Source: a bacterium
GTDB taxonomy: Bacteria > Patescibacteriota > Microgenomatia > Daviesbacterales > UBA10151
DNA length: 64,000 nt
Direction of reading: 5' to 3'
Assembly: GCA_021786105.1 (NCBI GenBank)
Contig: JAJYNW010000026.1
Coordinates: forward strand, 25,072 to 89,071
The notes beneath the pieces are model-generated. The model was not told the origin of the DNA. It made no database searches and was given only the letters and a program-made list of their open reading frames with translations. Every line of letters starts with the position of its first letter. Position 1 is the stretch's first letter. Position numbers and translations under genes: made by a program. Below, one piece after another: positions 18,081-27,930 of this stretch.

Positions 18081-19958
18081 ATGGGAAAAATAATTGCTTA
18101 TTTGCATAATCGGAAAGTTGCTACTTCAGCCGCAAGCTGGCTTGTGCTTATTCTTACAATTTTTCTCGGATACCTCGGGGTTGAATTAAAATATCTGATT
18201 CCGGTTTATCTTACCGGCATAATTGTTGGCGGATTTTTCTTTGGCAGAGAAGCGGTTGAAAAGCTCTTCAAGGGAAAAGTTGGCATTGAACTTTTGATGT
18301 CAGTGGGTATTGTTGGTGCTGCTGCATTAGGAGAATGGCGGGAGTCTCTCCTTCTGGTCGGTCTTTACTCTATCTCAGAAGCTATCGAAAGTTTCATTTC
18401 TGATAAAACCAGAAATGCTATTCGGTCTCTCATGGATTTAGTGCCTAAGAAGGCGTTAGTAAAGCAAAACGGAAAAACAGAGTATATTTTGGCAGAAAGG
18501 CTTCAAGTTGGCGATATTTTTATTGTCAAAGCCGGTGAGTCAATTGCTACCGATGGTTTTATTTATATAGGTGGTGCTTCTATCAATCAAGCTGCAGTAA
18601 CTGGTGAGTCCATCCCTATATTTAAAAAGGAGGGTGAGCCGGTGTTTGCTGGGACTTTGAACGAAGATGGTTATATCGAAGTCAAAGCCACTAAGAAGTT
18701 TTCGGAAAATACTATCTCCAAGATTATTCGTCTGGTTGAAGAGGCGCAGGAGAGTAAAGGCAAGAGACAGCAGATGGTGGAAAAGTTCGCTTATACATTT
18801 TCTCCAATAGTCTTGGGAGTTTCTATTATTATGCCTTTCGGTCTCCTTCTCTTAGGTTTCCCCTTACCTGATGCTTTGGTGAGAGCAGTCACCTTTGTAG
18901 TTGCCGCCTCTCCTTGTGCCTTTGCGGTATCCGTACCAGTGGCGTTTGCAGCAGCGATAGGAACTTCTGCGAAAAATGGAGTTTTGGTAAAAGGCGGGGT
19001 CTATTTAGAGGAGTTGGCCGATACTAAGATGGTTGCTTTTGACAAAACCGGCACTCTCACGACAGGCAAACCAGTAGTAACAGATACCCTTCCTCTTAAT
19101 AAGCTAACCCATAAAAGGTTTTTGCAAATTGCTGGTGGACTGGCTGCCAATTCATCGCATCCTTTGAGCCGAGCGGTTCAAGCAGCACTGCAACAAGAAG
19201 AGATAAAACCATTAACTGCCACCAATTATCATACAATGGCCGGTGAAGGCGTCAGAGGAGATATAGACGGAAAGACAATTTATCTTGGCAGTCCTAATTT
19301 ATTCGAAAGATTAGGACATACTATAGCGGAGATAAAAGAACTTGAGCAATTCTCTTCTGAAGGTAAAACTGTTGTATTTGCAGGCACAAAAGCAAAACTG
19401 CTAGGGTTAGTTGCTATTGCGGATTCTCCTAGAATTGAAGCAAAAGAAACAATTGGAAAACTTAAAGAGTTAGAAGTTCAAAATGTCATGCTCACGGGTG
19501 ATCATGAATTAGTAGGAAAAAGCATTGGAAAAGAATTGGGAGTGGATAAGATTATTGCCGAGCTGAAACCAGACCAAAAGGTAGAGAAAATTAAAGAATT
19601 AAAAAATAAATACCAGCATATAGCTATGATTGGTGATGGGATCAACGATGCACCAGCACTAGCCGAATCATCAGTTGGTCTTGCTATGGGAACTGCCGGA
19701 ACAGATGCCGCACTTGAGGCTGCGGATGTAGCGATTATGGGCGATGACTTGACTAAAATCCCTTATGCCATTCGGCTCTCCCGATATGCCAAAAAGATAG
19801 TTTTCCAAAACCTAATTTTTTCAACAGTTCTTCAAGGGGTTGCAATGGTGTTAGCAATCTTCATGCTTTTATCAGTAAGTCAGATATTATTTATTGATGA
19901 GTTCGGCGAAGTGTTAGTTGTCTTAAACGGACTTCGCCTACTCAATGGGAAAGTATAA
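18081..19958 (+). CDS. P1B-type heavy-metal ATPase with SPC motif (P1B-4-like)
   Basis: TGES, SPC, DKTGTLT, HP, GDGINDAP. Confidence 0.93.
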   Translation: MGKIIAYLHNRKVATSAASWLVLILTIFLGYLGVELKYLIPVYLTGIIVGGFFFGREAVEKLFKGKVGIELLMSVGIVGAAALGEWRESLLLVGLYSISEAIESFISDKTRNAIRSLMDLVPKKALVKQNGKTEYILAERLQVGDIFIVKAGESIATDGFIYIGGASINQAAVTGESIPIFKKEGEPVFAGTLNEDGYIEVKATKKFSENTISKIIRLVEEAQESKGKRQQMVEKFAYTFSPIVLGVSIIMPFGLLLLGFPLPDALVRAVTFVVAASPCAFAVSVPVAFAAAIGTSAKNGVLVKGGVYLEELADTKMVAFDKTGTLTTGKPVVTDTLPLNKLTHKRFLQIAGGLAANSSHPLSRAVQAALQQEEIKPLTATNYHTMAGEGVRGDIDGKTIYLGSPNLFERLGHTIAEIKELEQFSSEGKTVVFAGTKAKLLGLVAIADSPRIEAKETIGKLKELEVQNVMLTGDHELVGKSIGKELGVDKIIAELKPDQKVEKIKELKNKYQHIAMIGDGINDAPALAESSVGLAMGTAGTDAALEAADVAIMGDDLTKIPYAIRLSRYAKKIVFQNLIFSTVLQGVAMVLAIFMLLSVSQILFIDEFGEVLVVLNGLRLLNGKV

Positions 19959-19980
19959 ATTTGGATGGGAGGTGATAAAC

Positions 19981-20184
19981 ATGATTAAACAAGCGATTAA
20001 ATATTGGTCAGAGCATGTTATTTTATCGAGCCTCTCTCACGCTCTGGGAGGATTTGGGGCAGCACTATTGTTGCAACATTATCTAGTTGGCAATGCCTTT
20101 TTACCAACGATCGTTGGGTGGGTAGCTCTTGGTTTTACGGCAGTTACTCACTTCTTTGCTTATACGAGTAGCAACGGCCGTTAA
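19981..20184 (+). CDS. Small membrane protein
   Basis: RBS GGAGGTGA; two TM segments. Confidence 0.65.
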   Translation: MIKQAIKYWSEHVILSSLSHALGGFGAALLLQHYLVGNAFLPTIVGWVALGFTAVTHFFAYTSSNGR

Positions 20185-20236
20185 GTGAAAGATTTATAAT
20201 TTTATTTAGATCTGCTTACAAAGCAGGAAGAAGTTT

Positions 20237-21175
20237 ATGGCGCTAATGGATGAATTAAAAATAAACCCTCAAGTCGAGGTTGAGAAGATAGAAAAATTTA
20301 TCTCAACACAGCTTGAAGATTTAGGGAAAGATGGAGTTGTTCTAGGGTTAAGTGGAGGATTGGATTCTTCTGTCTGTGCCTATCTATGCACACGGGTATT
20401 GAGCAAAGATAAAATCTTTACCCTTATTTTACCCGAGAAGGACAACAACCCGCTCAACATGGAGCACGCCGAACTCATCTCAAAAACCTTGCGGTTGACA
20501 ACAAAAACTATAAATCTTACATCCTTCCTTGAACAAATCGGGGTTTACCAGCTTTTTACAGACGAAGAAAGAGGCAATAGAGAAAAAGTGGAAAAGTTGA
20601 TAAAAGGCCTGACGAAAGTGCTCAAAACGCCCTCTCTCTACACCACTGGTATGTCTTTTCAGTACGGCGGAAGATTTGGGTTAAAAGAAAAAATAGAAAG
20701 AAAGTTTTTACTACCCTACTCGAAGAAATTTTTAGCCCTTACTTATGCTAAGGTACGCTTAAGGATGCTGCTTTTATATTATTACGCAGCCCTCAATAAC
20801 TACTTAGTCATAGGAACAACCGACAAGACTGAGTGGACAGTCGGGTTTTATGATAAATACGGAGATGGGGCGAATGATATTACCCTCCTTCGCCATCTTT
20901 ACAAGACTCAGATCAGACAGCTTGCCTCTTACTTAGGCGTTCCCAAAGAAATTATCCAAAAACCGTCTTCTGGCGATTTGATAGCGAAGTTACCTAACGA
21001 AGTTATCATGGGATTTTCTTATGAACAACTTGATCAAATTCTTTACGGCCTAGAAAGGGGTATGCAAGATAAAAATATAGCCAAGGAGGTGGGTGTCGAT
21101 ATACGGTCAATCCAAGCTATTAAAACAGCAATTATCATGGAGCAAATTAAACGAAAGATGCCCAGACATCTCTAA
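20237..21175 (+). CDS. nadE: NH3-dependent NAD+ synthetase
   Basis: LGLSGGLDS, KVRLRM, KYGDG, LYKTQIRQLA, KPSS. Confidence 0.9.
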   Translation: MALMDELKINPQVEVEKIEKFISTQLEDLGKDGVVLGLSGGLDSSVCAYLCTRVLSKDKIFTLILPEKDNNPLNMEHAELISKTLRLTTKTINLTSFLEQIGVYQLFTDEERGNREKVEKLIKGLTKVLKTPSLYTTGMSFQYGGRFGLKEKIERKFLLPYSKKFLALTYAKVRLRMLLLYYYAALNNYLVIGTTDKTEWTVGFYDKYGDGANDITLLRHLYKTQIRQLASYLGVPKEIIQKPSSGDLIAKLPNEVIMGFSYEQLDQILYGLERGMQDKNIAKEVGVDIRSIQAIKTAIIMEQIKRKMPRHL

Positions 21176-21195
21176 CATTTTGGGGAACAAAAACT

Positions 21196-21474
21196 ATGTC
21201 AAATAAAATACAGGTCAAAAAGCGTGACGGATCACTTGAAGATTTTGATCAAACAAAAATAGCAAGGGTGGTAACTGTTGCTGGATTAACGCACGAACAA
21301 GGACAGAAGCTTGCGGCAGAAATAACTAATTGGGCACAAACCAATTCAAACTCATTTATAACTTCGTTCCAGATTAGAGATAAGGTGATCGAAGAATTAC
21401 GCAAACTTAACCCAAACGCTGCTAATCTTTATGCATGGTACGAAAAAACTAAGGGGGAAAAGTTACATGAGTGA
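21196..21474 (+). CDS. Stand-alone ATP-cone protein
   Basis: VKKRDGSLEDFDQTKI. Confidence 0.85.
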   Translation: MSNKIQVKKRDGSLEDFDQTKIARVVTVAGLTHEQGQKLAAEITNWAQTNSNSFITSFQIRDKVIEELRKLNPNAANLYAWYEKTKGEKLHE

Positions 21475-21748
21475 CTTACAGCTCAAAGACCCTAAAAAAC
21501 CGTCTGGACCTGTTATAGTGCGTGGCTATAAAGTCTATGTAGACAGGAACATCTGCATAGGAGCAGCTACCTGTATTGCCGTTGCCCCCAAAACCTTTGC
21601 TCTCGACGATGAGGCAAAAGCAGTCATTTTAGATACTGCCGATCAAGAAACTATAGAAACGATAATTATGGCTGCGCAATCTTGCCCTGTAAAAGCAATA
21701 ATCATCGAAGATGAGAAGGGACAAAGGGTTTTTCCCGAAATTAAGTAG
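21467..21748 (+). CDS. Ferredoxin
   Basis: CIGAATC...SCPVKAI. Confidence 0.88.
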   Translation: MSDLQLKDPKKPSGPVIVRGYKVYVDRNICIGAATCIAVAPKTFALDDEAKAVILDTADQETIETIIMAAQSCPVKAIIIEDEKGQRVFPEIK

Positions 21749-21750
21749 TA

Positions 21751-21840
21751 TTACCGATCAATTGTTGGCAGTAAAACGTTTTCTGCTCTTTTGCTTGTAC
21801 CTATAATCGGCAGTTAACTTCGATAAACTTTCTGTTGATA
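21751..21840. repeat. Junction of cargo-boundary site B (21763-21791) and site A (21812-21840)
   Basis: Left part matches 29847-29883, right part matches 17623-17671. Confidence 0.7.
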
Positions 21841-21888
21841 TTCTATATTCTGCTTACACATAACGTCATTTTTTGATAAAATGAAATT

Positions 21889-22788
21889 ATGAGCGGATCG
21901 CATGAGCCACCTACCAATTTAGACAATAAATTTAAGATTGGCCTTGTTTTAAATACTAGCTTTACTATTTTTGAATTCATCATGGGGTTTGTATCAGGAA
22001 GTTTAGCACTAGTATCTGATGCTTCTCATAATTTGACTGATTCACTCTCATTGGTAATTGCCTTTTTGGCAAATAAAGTTTCCCGGCGTTCGGCAAACAT
22101 TGACAAAACCTACGGTTATGGCAGGGTAACTATTTTGGCAGCGCTTATCAATGCATTAATCCTTTTTGCTCTTGCCTTTTATATTTTTTATGAGGCGTAC
22201 CAGCGGATTCTAAAACCTGAGCCGGTTGAGGGAGGGATTGTAATGATTGTAGCTTTTGTAGGAACTATCATCAATGGAGCAATTGCCTTTACTTTCTTCA
22301 AAAATAGGGATGAGTTAAATACTAGAGCAGCTTTTTTAAGCATGGCCTTTGATACTTTGGCTTCAGTTGGCGCACTTCTGGCAGGGTTTATTATTGTTTT
22401 GACCGGCAAGACATTTGTTGATCCATTCATTAGTATTCTGATTGGTATCATGTTGGTCTTTAGCGCCTGGGGTGTAGTCAAAGATGGATTGCATGTCCTA
22501 CTAGACGGAGTCCCTGAAGGTATTGATACTGGAAAAGTCAAACAGGCAATTTTAAATATCCCAAACGTTAAAGATCTTGATGATTTACATATTTGGGCAA
22601 TTTCTTCAACTTCTGCCGCCTTGAGTTGCCATTTGGTGATAAAAGAGTGTTCTCTTGCCGAAAGTCTGAGGATAAAGGAAGAGGTTAAAGAAATGTTATC
22701 TAGGCAGTTTCATATAGACCACGCAACGATTGAGATTGAACTAATAGAAGGCCCGCATCACAACGAAAGAACTGATGAGGGTATGTAG
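21889..22788 (+). CDS. CDF Zn/Co/Cd efflux transporter (CzcD-like)
   Basis: SLALVSDASHNLTD, TYGYGR, DLHIW, IDHATIE. Confidence 0.9.
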   Translation: MSGSHEPPTNLDNKFKIGLVLNTSFTIFEFIMGFVSGSLALVSDASHNLTDSLSLVIAFLANKVSRRSANIDKTYGYGRVTILAALINALILFALAFYIFYEAYQRILKPEPVEGGIVMIVAFVGTIINGAIAFTFFKNRDELNTRAAFLSMAFDTLASVGALLAGFIIVLTGKTFVDPFISILIGIMLVFSAWGVVKDGLHVLLDGVPEGIDTGKVKQAILNIPNVKDLDDLHIWAISSTSAALSCHLVIKECSLAESLRIKEEVKEMLSRQFHIDHATIEIELIEGPHHNERTDEGM

Positions 22789-22790
22789 AT

Positions 22791-23573
22791 ATGAAAAATT
22801 TATTTTCTGGAAAATGGTTTATTGCTATAAAGGTGCTTCCATGGGTTGTAGGGATTATTCTCCTCAAGCTAGTACTTGATAAATTTGGTTTGGAGCCGTT
22901 ATCTTTAAGCCCGCTTTTTAATAGTATCATTGCAGCTAATGTATTTTTGTTAGGATTTCTGCTTGCCGGAACACTGGCTGATTACAAAGAGAGCGAGCGT
23001 TTACCAGGAGAATTGGCAGCCAGTATTGAAACACTGTATGACGAATTTGAAATTACCTACAAGAATAAAAAATCACCTGTTGCTAAAAACGCCATCGCTC
23101 TTTTGGGTGATTTTAATACCTTGCTTATCAACTGGTTTTATAAAAAAGAACGGACAAAAACGCTGATGGATAAAATATGCCGCTTTAATGATCTTTTTCT
23201 TGACCTTGAACGCCTCACCCAGCCGAACTTTATTGCCAGACTCAAACAGGAGCAACACAACATTCGTCGCAATCTAATCCGCATACATACAATCAGAGAG
23301 ACATCATTTGTTGCGGCTGGTTATGCAGTTGCCGAAATTACGACGGGGCTTCTTATTCTTGGATTTCTTTTTGCCAAAATTGAACCATTCTATGAATCAC
23401 TTTTCTTTGTTGGGGCGACAACTTTTTTGATGATTTATATGATTGCGCTTATTAAAGATTTGGATAATCCGTTCGATCACTATACAGACGGAAAAGAGAC
23501 AACCGTTGTTTCATTGAAACCCTTGAAAGATGTAGAAGAAAGAATAAAAGAGGAGTTAAAAAGGATAAAATAA
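22791..23573 (+). CDS. Hypothetical membrane protein
   Basis: Four TM segments; DYKESERLPGE and DLDNPF motifs. Confidence 0.7.
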   Translation: MKNLFSGKWFIAIKVLPWVVGIILLKLVLDKFGLEPLSLSPLFNSIIAANVFLLGFLLAGTLADYKESERLPGELAASIETLYDEFEITYKNKKSPVAKNAIALLGDFNTLLINWFYKKERTKTLMDKICRFNDLFLDLERLTQPNFIARLKQEQHNIRRNLIRIHTIRETSFVAAGYAVAEITTGLLILGFLFAKIEPFYESLFFVGATTFLMIYMIALIKDLDNPFDHYTDGKETTVVSLKPLKDVEERIKEELKRIK

Positions 23574-23583
23574 AGGTGTTCTT

Positions 23584-23961
23584 ATGAAACCTGTAGTCCA
23601 CGGTGAACTGGAAATACAAATCCTAAAAATCATCTGGGAGAAAAAAGACTGTTCTCCAAGAGAAGTGTTGGATGAAATTCAGAAAGAAAGGGATATAGCG
23701 CTCACCACAATATCAACGGTCTTAGGGCGTCTTCATACCAAAAGAGTTTTAATTCGTAAAAAAACCAAGGGGCGAGTGCGTTACTCACCTAAACTTTCCA
23801 AAGAAGCCTATGGTGCCAATACCGTAAAAGAATTTGTGGGTAGCCTGGTAGATTCTTTTGGAAACACAGCGATTACCTCTTTTGCTAAGGGAGTGAAAGG
23901 ACTACCAGATGACCAATTGAAAAAGTTAATTTATTTACTCAGAAAGTATGAAAATAAATAA
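23584..23961 (+). CDS. BlaI/MecI/CopY family repressor
   Basis: GELE-QILKIIW...TTISTVLGRL. Confidence 0.88.
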   Translation: MKPVVHGELEIQILKIIWEKKDCSPREVLDEIQKERDIALTTISTVLGRLHTKRVLIRKKTKGRVRYSPKLSKEAYGANTVKEFVGSLVDSFGNTAITSFAKGVKGLPDDQLKKLIYLLRKYENK

Positions 23962-24829
23962 AAACAGTATTGTCTTGAGTTCTTTATTTGTTGGGTTACT
24001 TTTCTATTTTTTGTTCCAAGCAACCCAAATCGCCTCTTTGATTTTAGGAAAGAATGTCTTGATATGTAACTCCTGTCTCCAAACAATCCCCACAATTCTT
24101 TTATATTCAGTCACATCTCTGTTAGGGTTATCCTTAGTTTGTTTTTTATTCGGTCTGGCAAAGACAGTTCATTTTAGGAAAAAACTCTACTTGATTAGCG
24201 CTCATTCTCGCTCTCTTAAGATGATAGAAAAGGAGCATTTACTGGACAGGAAAATAATCGTTTTTTCGCACAAAGACCCGTTAGCTTTTTGCTTGGGAAT
24301 ACTCAAGCCAAAGATTTATCTTTCTACCAAACTACTTAAAATAATGAACTCATCGGAGCTGGAGGCGGTAATTCTTCACGAAAAACAACATCTACAGGGA
24401 AATGACAACTTGTTTCTAGTCCTGCCGACTCTACTCAAGACCACCTTCTTTTTCCTGCCGATATTTAGTGACATAGCCCAGAGATTTGAAGTTCAAAAGG
24501 AAATTAGAGCCGATCAAAATGCGATTAAAGAAATTGGTGACAAAAGTGTCCTTATTTCTGCTTTACAAAAAATTCTTTTTACATCTCAGCCCAACTTGGC
24601 TTTTGCCAATTATTTTTCCAAATTTACTAGCCTTGAGGTAAGAATAAACAGTTTGTTGGGAGAAAGAACAAACCGCCGCCTCATCAGCCTAAATAATCTG
24701 GTTATCAGTTTTGGAATGCTACTTCTGATTGCGACCGTTATCCTTAATAGGGTCGAAATCCACTCCCAGCTTGCCAACTCAGCGCTTCTTTGTCTGGACA
24801 AAGGAAATTGCCAAGGCGCCTGCTACTAA
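23948..24829 (+). CDS. BlaR1-like M56 membrane metallopeptidase
   Basis: AFCLGILKPKIY, ILHEKQH, EIRAD. Confidence 0.85.
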   Translation: MKINKNSIVLSSLFVGLLFYFLFQATQIASLILGKNVLICNSCLQTIPTILLYSVTSLLGLSLVCFLFGLAKTVHFRKKLYLISAHSRSLKMIEKEHLLDRKIIVFSHKDPLAFCLGILKPKIYLSTKLLKIMNSSELEAVILHEKQHLQGNDNLFLVLPTLLKTTFFFLPIFSDIAQRFEVQKEIRADQNAIKEIGDKSVLISALQKILFTSQPNLAFANYFSKFTSLEVRINSLLGERTNRRLISLNNLVISFGMLLLIATVILNRVEIHSQLANSALLCLDKGNCQGACY

Positions 24830-24849
24830 ATTCTGCCTACAAAAACCTA

Positions 24850-24887
24850 TTGACTTTTTATCCACTAATTTTCTACAATATGTAGAA
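24850..24887 (+). promoter_or_regulatory. Promoter with BlaI/CopY-type operator
   Basis: TTGACT...TACAAT overlapped by TTCTACA-ata-TGTAGAA palindrome. Confidence 0.65.
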
Positions 24888-24918
24888 GACATTAAAATTT
24901 AGAGGTTTAATTAATCTT

Positions 24919-25647
24919 ATGAAAAACACCAATAATCTCCTTGTCGCTTTACTTATAATAGTCATTGCATTCTCAGGCTATTTATTTTGGAAGGTTCAGA
25001 AACTTGAGCAAAAGGTCGGCTCTGACAACCAGGCAGCCCAAGTTAAAAGAGAACAGCAGGCAAAAGAAGCTCCGCCACAACCTACACAAAACCTTGACGC
25101 TGTACCACCAGTAACAGATAAAGACCATATCTTAGGAAGTAAAAATGCCGATGTGGTTTTAGTGGAGTATTCTGACTTTGAATGCCCCTTTTGCAAGCGC
25201 TTCCATCCCACCATGCAACAGGTGGTAAAAGAATACGGCAGTAAAGTCGCCTGGGTATACCGCCAGTATCCTTTAGGCTTCCACGCCAATGCCCAAAAAG
25301 AGGCTGAGGCTTCTGAATGTGCCGCCGAACAAGGTGGTAATGAGGCTTTCTGGAAGTATTCCGACAAAATCATGGAGAGGACTACTTCAAACGGCACAGG
25401 TTTTGCTCTTGATAAGCTTGCGCCACTGGCTACTGAAATTGGACTAGATGCCAATAAATTTAAACAGTGTCTTGATAGTGGCAAGTATACCCAACATATT
25501 AAAGACGATATGGCTGGCGGTCAAAAAGCTGGCATTCAGGGAACTCCAGGCACGGTTATCATAGGCAAGAATGGTAAGAAAGAATTTATTGGCGGAGCGC
25601 TCCCCTTTGAACAAATTAAGCCATTGATAGATAAAGTACTGGAGTAA
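24919..25647 (+). CDS. DsbA-family thiol-disulfide oxidoreductase
   Basis: EYSDFECPFC, GIQGTPG. Confidence 0.92.
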   Translation: MKNTNNLLVALLIIVIAFSGYLFWKVQKLEQKVGSDNQAAQVKREQQAKEAPPQPTQNLDAVPPVTDKDHILGSKNADVVLVEYSDFECPFCKRFHPTMQQVVKEYGSKVAWVYRQYPLGFHANAQKEAEASECAAEQGGNEAFWKYSDKIMERTTSNGTGFALDKLAPLATEIGLDANKFKQCLDSGKYTQHIKDDMAGGQKAGIQGTPGTVIIGKNGKKEFIGGALPFEQIKPLIDKVLE

Positions 25648-25670
25648 GTTGAGACATATGACTAATAAAT

Positions 25671-26882
25671 ATGAACATAAACAAACTTCGTCAAGATTTC
25701 CCCTTTTTCCAAAAGACTCTTAACAGGAAACCCATAATTTACTTTGACAATGCCTGCCAGAGCCTTCGACCCCAATCTGTCATAGACGCTGTTGTTAATT
25801 ACTACCAGGATTATCCTGCTTGTGGCGGGAGGAGCATGCACCGTTTAGCTGCCAAAGTTACTCAGAAGTGCGATGAGGCAAGAAGTATTATTGCCAGGTT
25901 TGTCGGCGCTAAGCGTAAAGAGGAGATTATTTTTACCCGCAATACTACGGAAGGGATAAATCTTGTTGCTCATTCGCTAGGACTTCAAAAAGGCGATATT
26001 GTGGTTACCTCTGATAAGGAACATAATTCTAATCTCATCCCCTGGCAAATCTTAGCTAAAAAAATCGGCATTATTCACAAAATAATTCCTTCACGAGAAG
26101 AGAACATCTTTGGCCTTGAAGGATTTAAAAAAGTGATGAATGAAGAGGTAAAACTTGTATCCTTGGGCTTTACTTCCAACTTAGACGGAGTAACCATTCC
26201 TGCTTCCGAAATAATAAAAATTGCCCATCAGTTCGGTGTTTTGGTTCTTCTTGATGTTGCCCAAACCGCTCCACATCATAAGATTGATGTCACTGCACTT
26301 GATGTTGACTTCCTCGCTTTTTCTGGACATAAAATGCTTGGACCTTCTGGAACTGGTGTTCTTTATGGCAAATATCATCTTTTGGAGAAACTTGAGCCAT
26401 TTTTGGTAGGAGGAGATACGGTGGTGTCTTCTACCTATGATTCTCATAAACTACTCCCTCCTCCTGAAAAATTTGAGGCAGGGTTACAAGATTACGCTGG
26501 GATTATCGGGTTGGGAGAGGCGGTTAGATATTTGGAAAAGGTCGGGTTTGAGAATATTACCGAGCAAGAACACACGCTCAATAAGTTTATTAGTAATGAA
26601 ATTGTAAATATTCCTCATCTTCATATTATTGGACCCGAAGACCCAAGTAAACGAGGTGGTATTGTCTCCTTTTATATCGAGGGAGTAGACTCTCATCAGG
26701 TTGCCCTAATGCTTGATGAGTCTGCTAATATTATGGTTCGTTCTGGTCAGCACTGCGTTCATTCCTGGTTTGCTAGTAAGAAAATTGCTGGTTCTGTCCG
26801 TGCGTCGCTGTATTTTTATAACACCCAAGAGGAGGCGGAAATCTTTGTTAATCAGTTGAAGAAAGTTATACGGGTATTGTAG
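25671..26882 (+). CDS. Cysteine desulfurase (SufS-like)
   Basis: YFDNA, EHNSN, SGHKMLGP, RSGQHC. Confidence 0.92.
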   Translation: MNINKLRQDFPFFQKTLNRKPIIYFDNACQSLRPQSVIDAVVNYYQDYPACGGRSMHRLAAKVTQKCDEARSIIARFVGAKRKEEIIFTRNTTEGINLVAHSLGLQKGDIVVTSDKEHNSNLIPWQILAKKIGIIHKIIPSREENIFGLEGFKKVMNEEVKLVSLGFTSNLDGVTIPASEIIKIAHQFGVLVLLDVAQTAPHHKIDVTALDVDFLAFSGHKMLGPSGTGVLYGKYHLLEKLEPFLVGGDTVVSSTYDSHKLLPPPEKFEAGLQDYAGIIGLGEAVRYLEKVGFENITEQEHTLNKFISNEIVNIPHLHIIGPEDPSKRGGIVSFYIEGVDSHQVALMLDESANIMVRSGQHCVHSWFASKKIAGSVRASLYFYNTQEEAEIFVNQLKKVIRVL

Positions 26883-26885
26883 CTT

Positions 26886-27818
26886 ATGTTTTGTTTATTA
26901 GCTCTTATCGTTTTATCAATTTTAGGCATATTTAGTGCTACCCATAGACAGCTTGCCAAAGAAGCCTTCGACTGTGTATTTCGACGGATTACTTTCCGCC
27001 CTTGTACGACGGGATTTAAAGAGAAGATGAAGGCAAAACTTACAGGAAAGATTCTCAATCGTTCACCTTTTGTAGCCCGTTTTCTGAACAGACACTTTGA
27101 ACTTGTCTCCTGGGTATTTTTTATCCTCATGGTTGCAAGTACCTTTTGGACAGTTAAGGGTGCTTATAACTTTTATCTTTATGGAAGCTGTAATGGTTTA
27201 AATGAAACTGGTTTTTGTGCTTTTGATCCATCGGGTGAGAATAATAAGGTGTCACAGATTGCCACATCGTGTAGCTTAGAAAAACCCTCTGAAAAAGATT
27301 TGACATTAAACGGTGTTGATCTTAGCATTTTCCCTATTAGGAATCCTGATGCCAAAGATAAAATTATTTTTATTGGCTGTTACGGCTGTGACTATACCCG
27401 CAAGGCTTACCCTTTGATACAGAAACTTATTGCTAACAATGAAGTTAGTTTCATCTTTGCCCATTTCCCTGTAAAGGACGAGACTAACTTCCTCTCTGAA
27501 TATGGCTATTGTGCCTATAAGCAGGATCAGGAGAGATTCTGGCAGTTCAATGATGCTTTGTTTGCCTCGGATAAGCAAAATTTAGGAAATAAAAATTATG
27601 TGGACGGTTTAGCTTCAAAGATCGGTTATAACTTGACTACGATCGATAGATGTATAGATAGCCAGGAAACTAAAGAGGCCGTGGAAAGACAGTTTCAGGA
27701 GATAAGCAAAACCCATGTTTATGGAACTCCAACCGTGTTTATAAATGGTAAAGTGCTGGTCGGACCGAAGCCCTACCGAGTTTATGAAAGAGCCTTAAAG
27801 GGTTGGCGGTTTTGGTGA
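26886..27818 (+). CDS. Membrane-anchored DsbA-like thioredoxin-fold protein
   Basis: CYGC, HFP, VYGTPT. Confidence 0.8.
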   Translation: MFCLLALIVLSILGIFSATHRQLAKEAFDCVFRRITFRPCTTGFKEKMKAKLTGKILNRSPFVARFLNRHFELVSWVFFILMVASTFWTVKGAYNFYLYGSCNGLNETGFCAFDPSGENNKVSQIATSCSLEKPSEKDLTLNGVDLSIFPIRNPDAKDKIIFIGCYGCDYTRKAYPLIQKLIANNEVSFIFAHFPVKDETNFLSEYGYCAYKQDQERFWQFNDALFASDKQNLGNKNYVDGLASKIGYNLTTIDRCIDSQETKEAVERQFQEISKTHVYGTPTVFINGKVLVGPKPYRVYERALKGWRFW

Positions 27819-27930
27819 TTTTAGCAGATGACAATTTTTGACATGATTTTTAGATTTTAGAGAACCGGTAAATATAAAAACTACCATAAACCATAGATTC
27901 CTCAATGTTTTTTAGGTAAAATGTAAACAT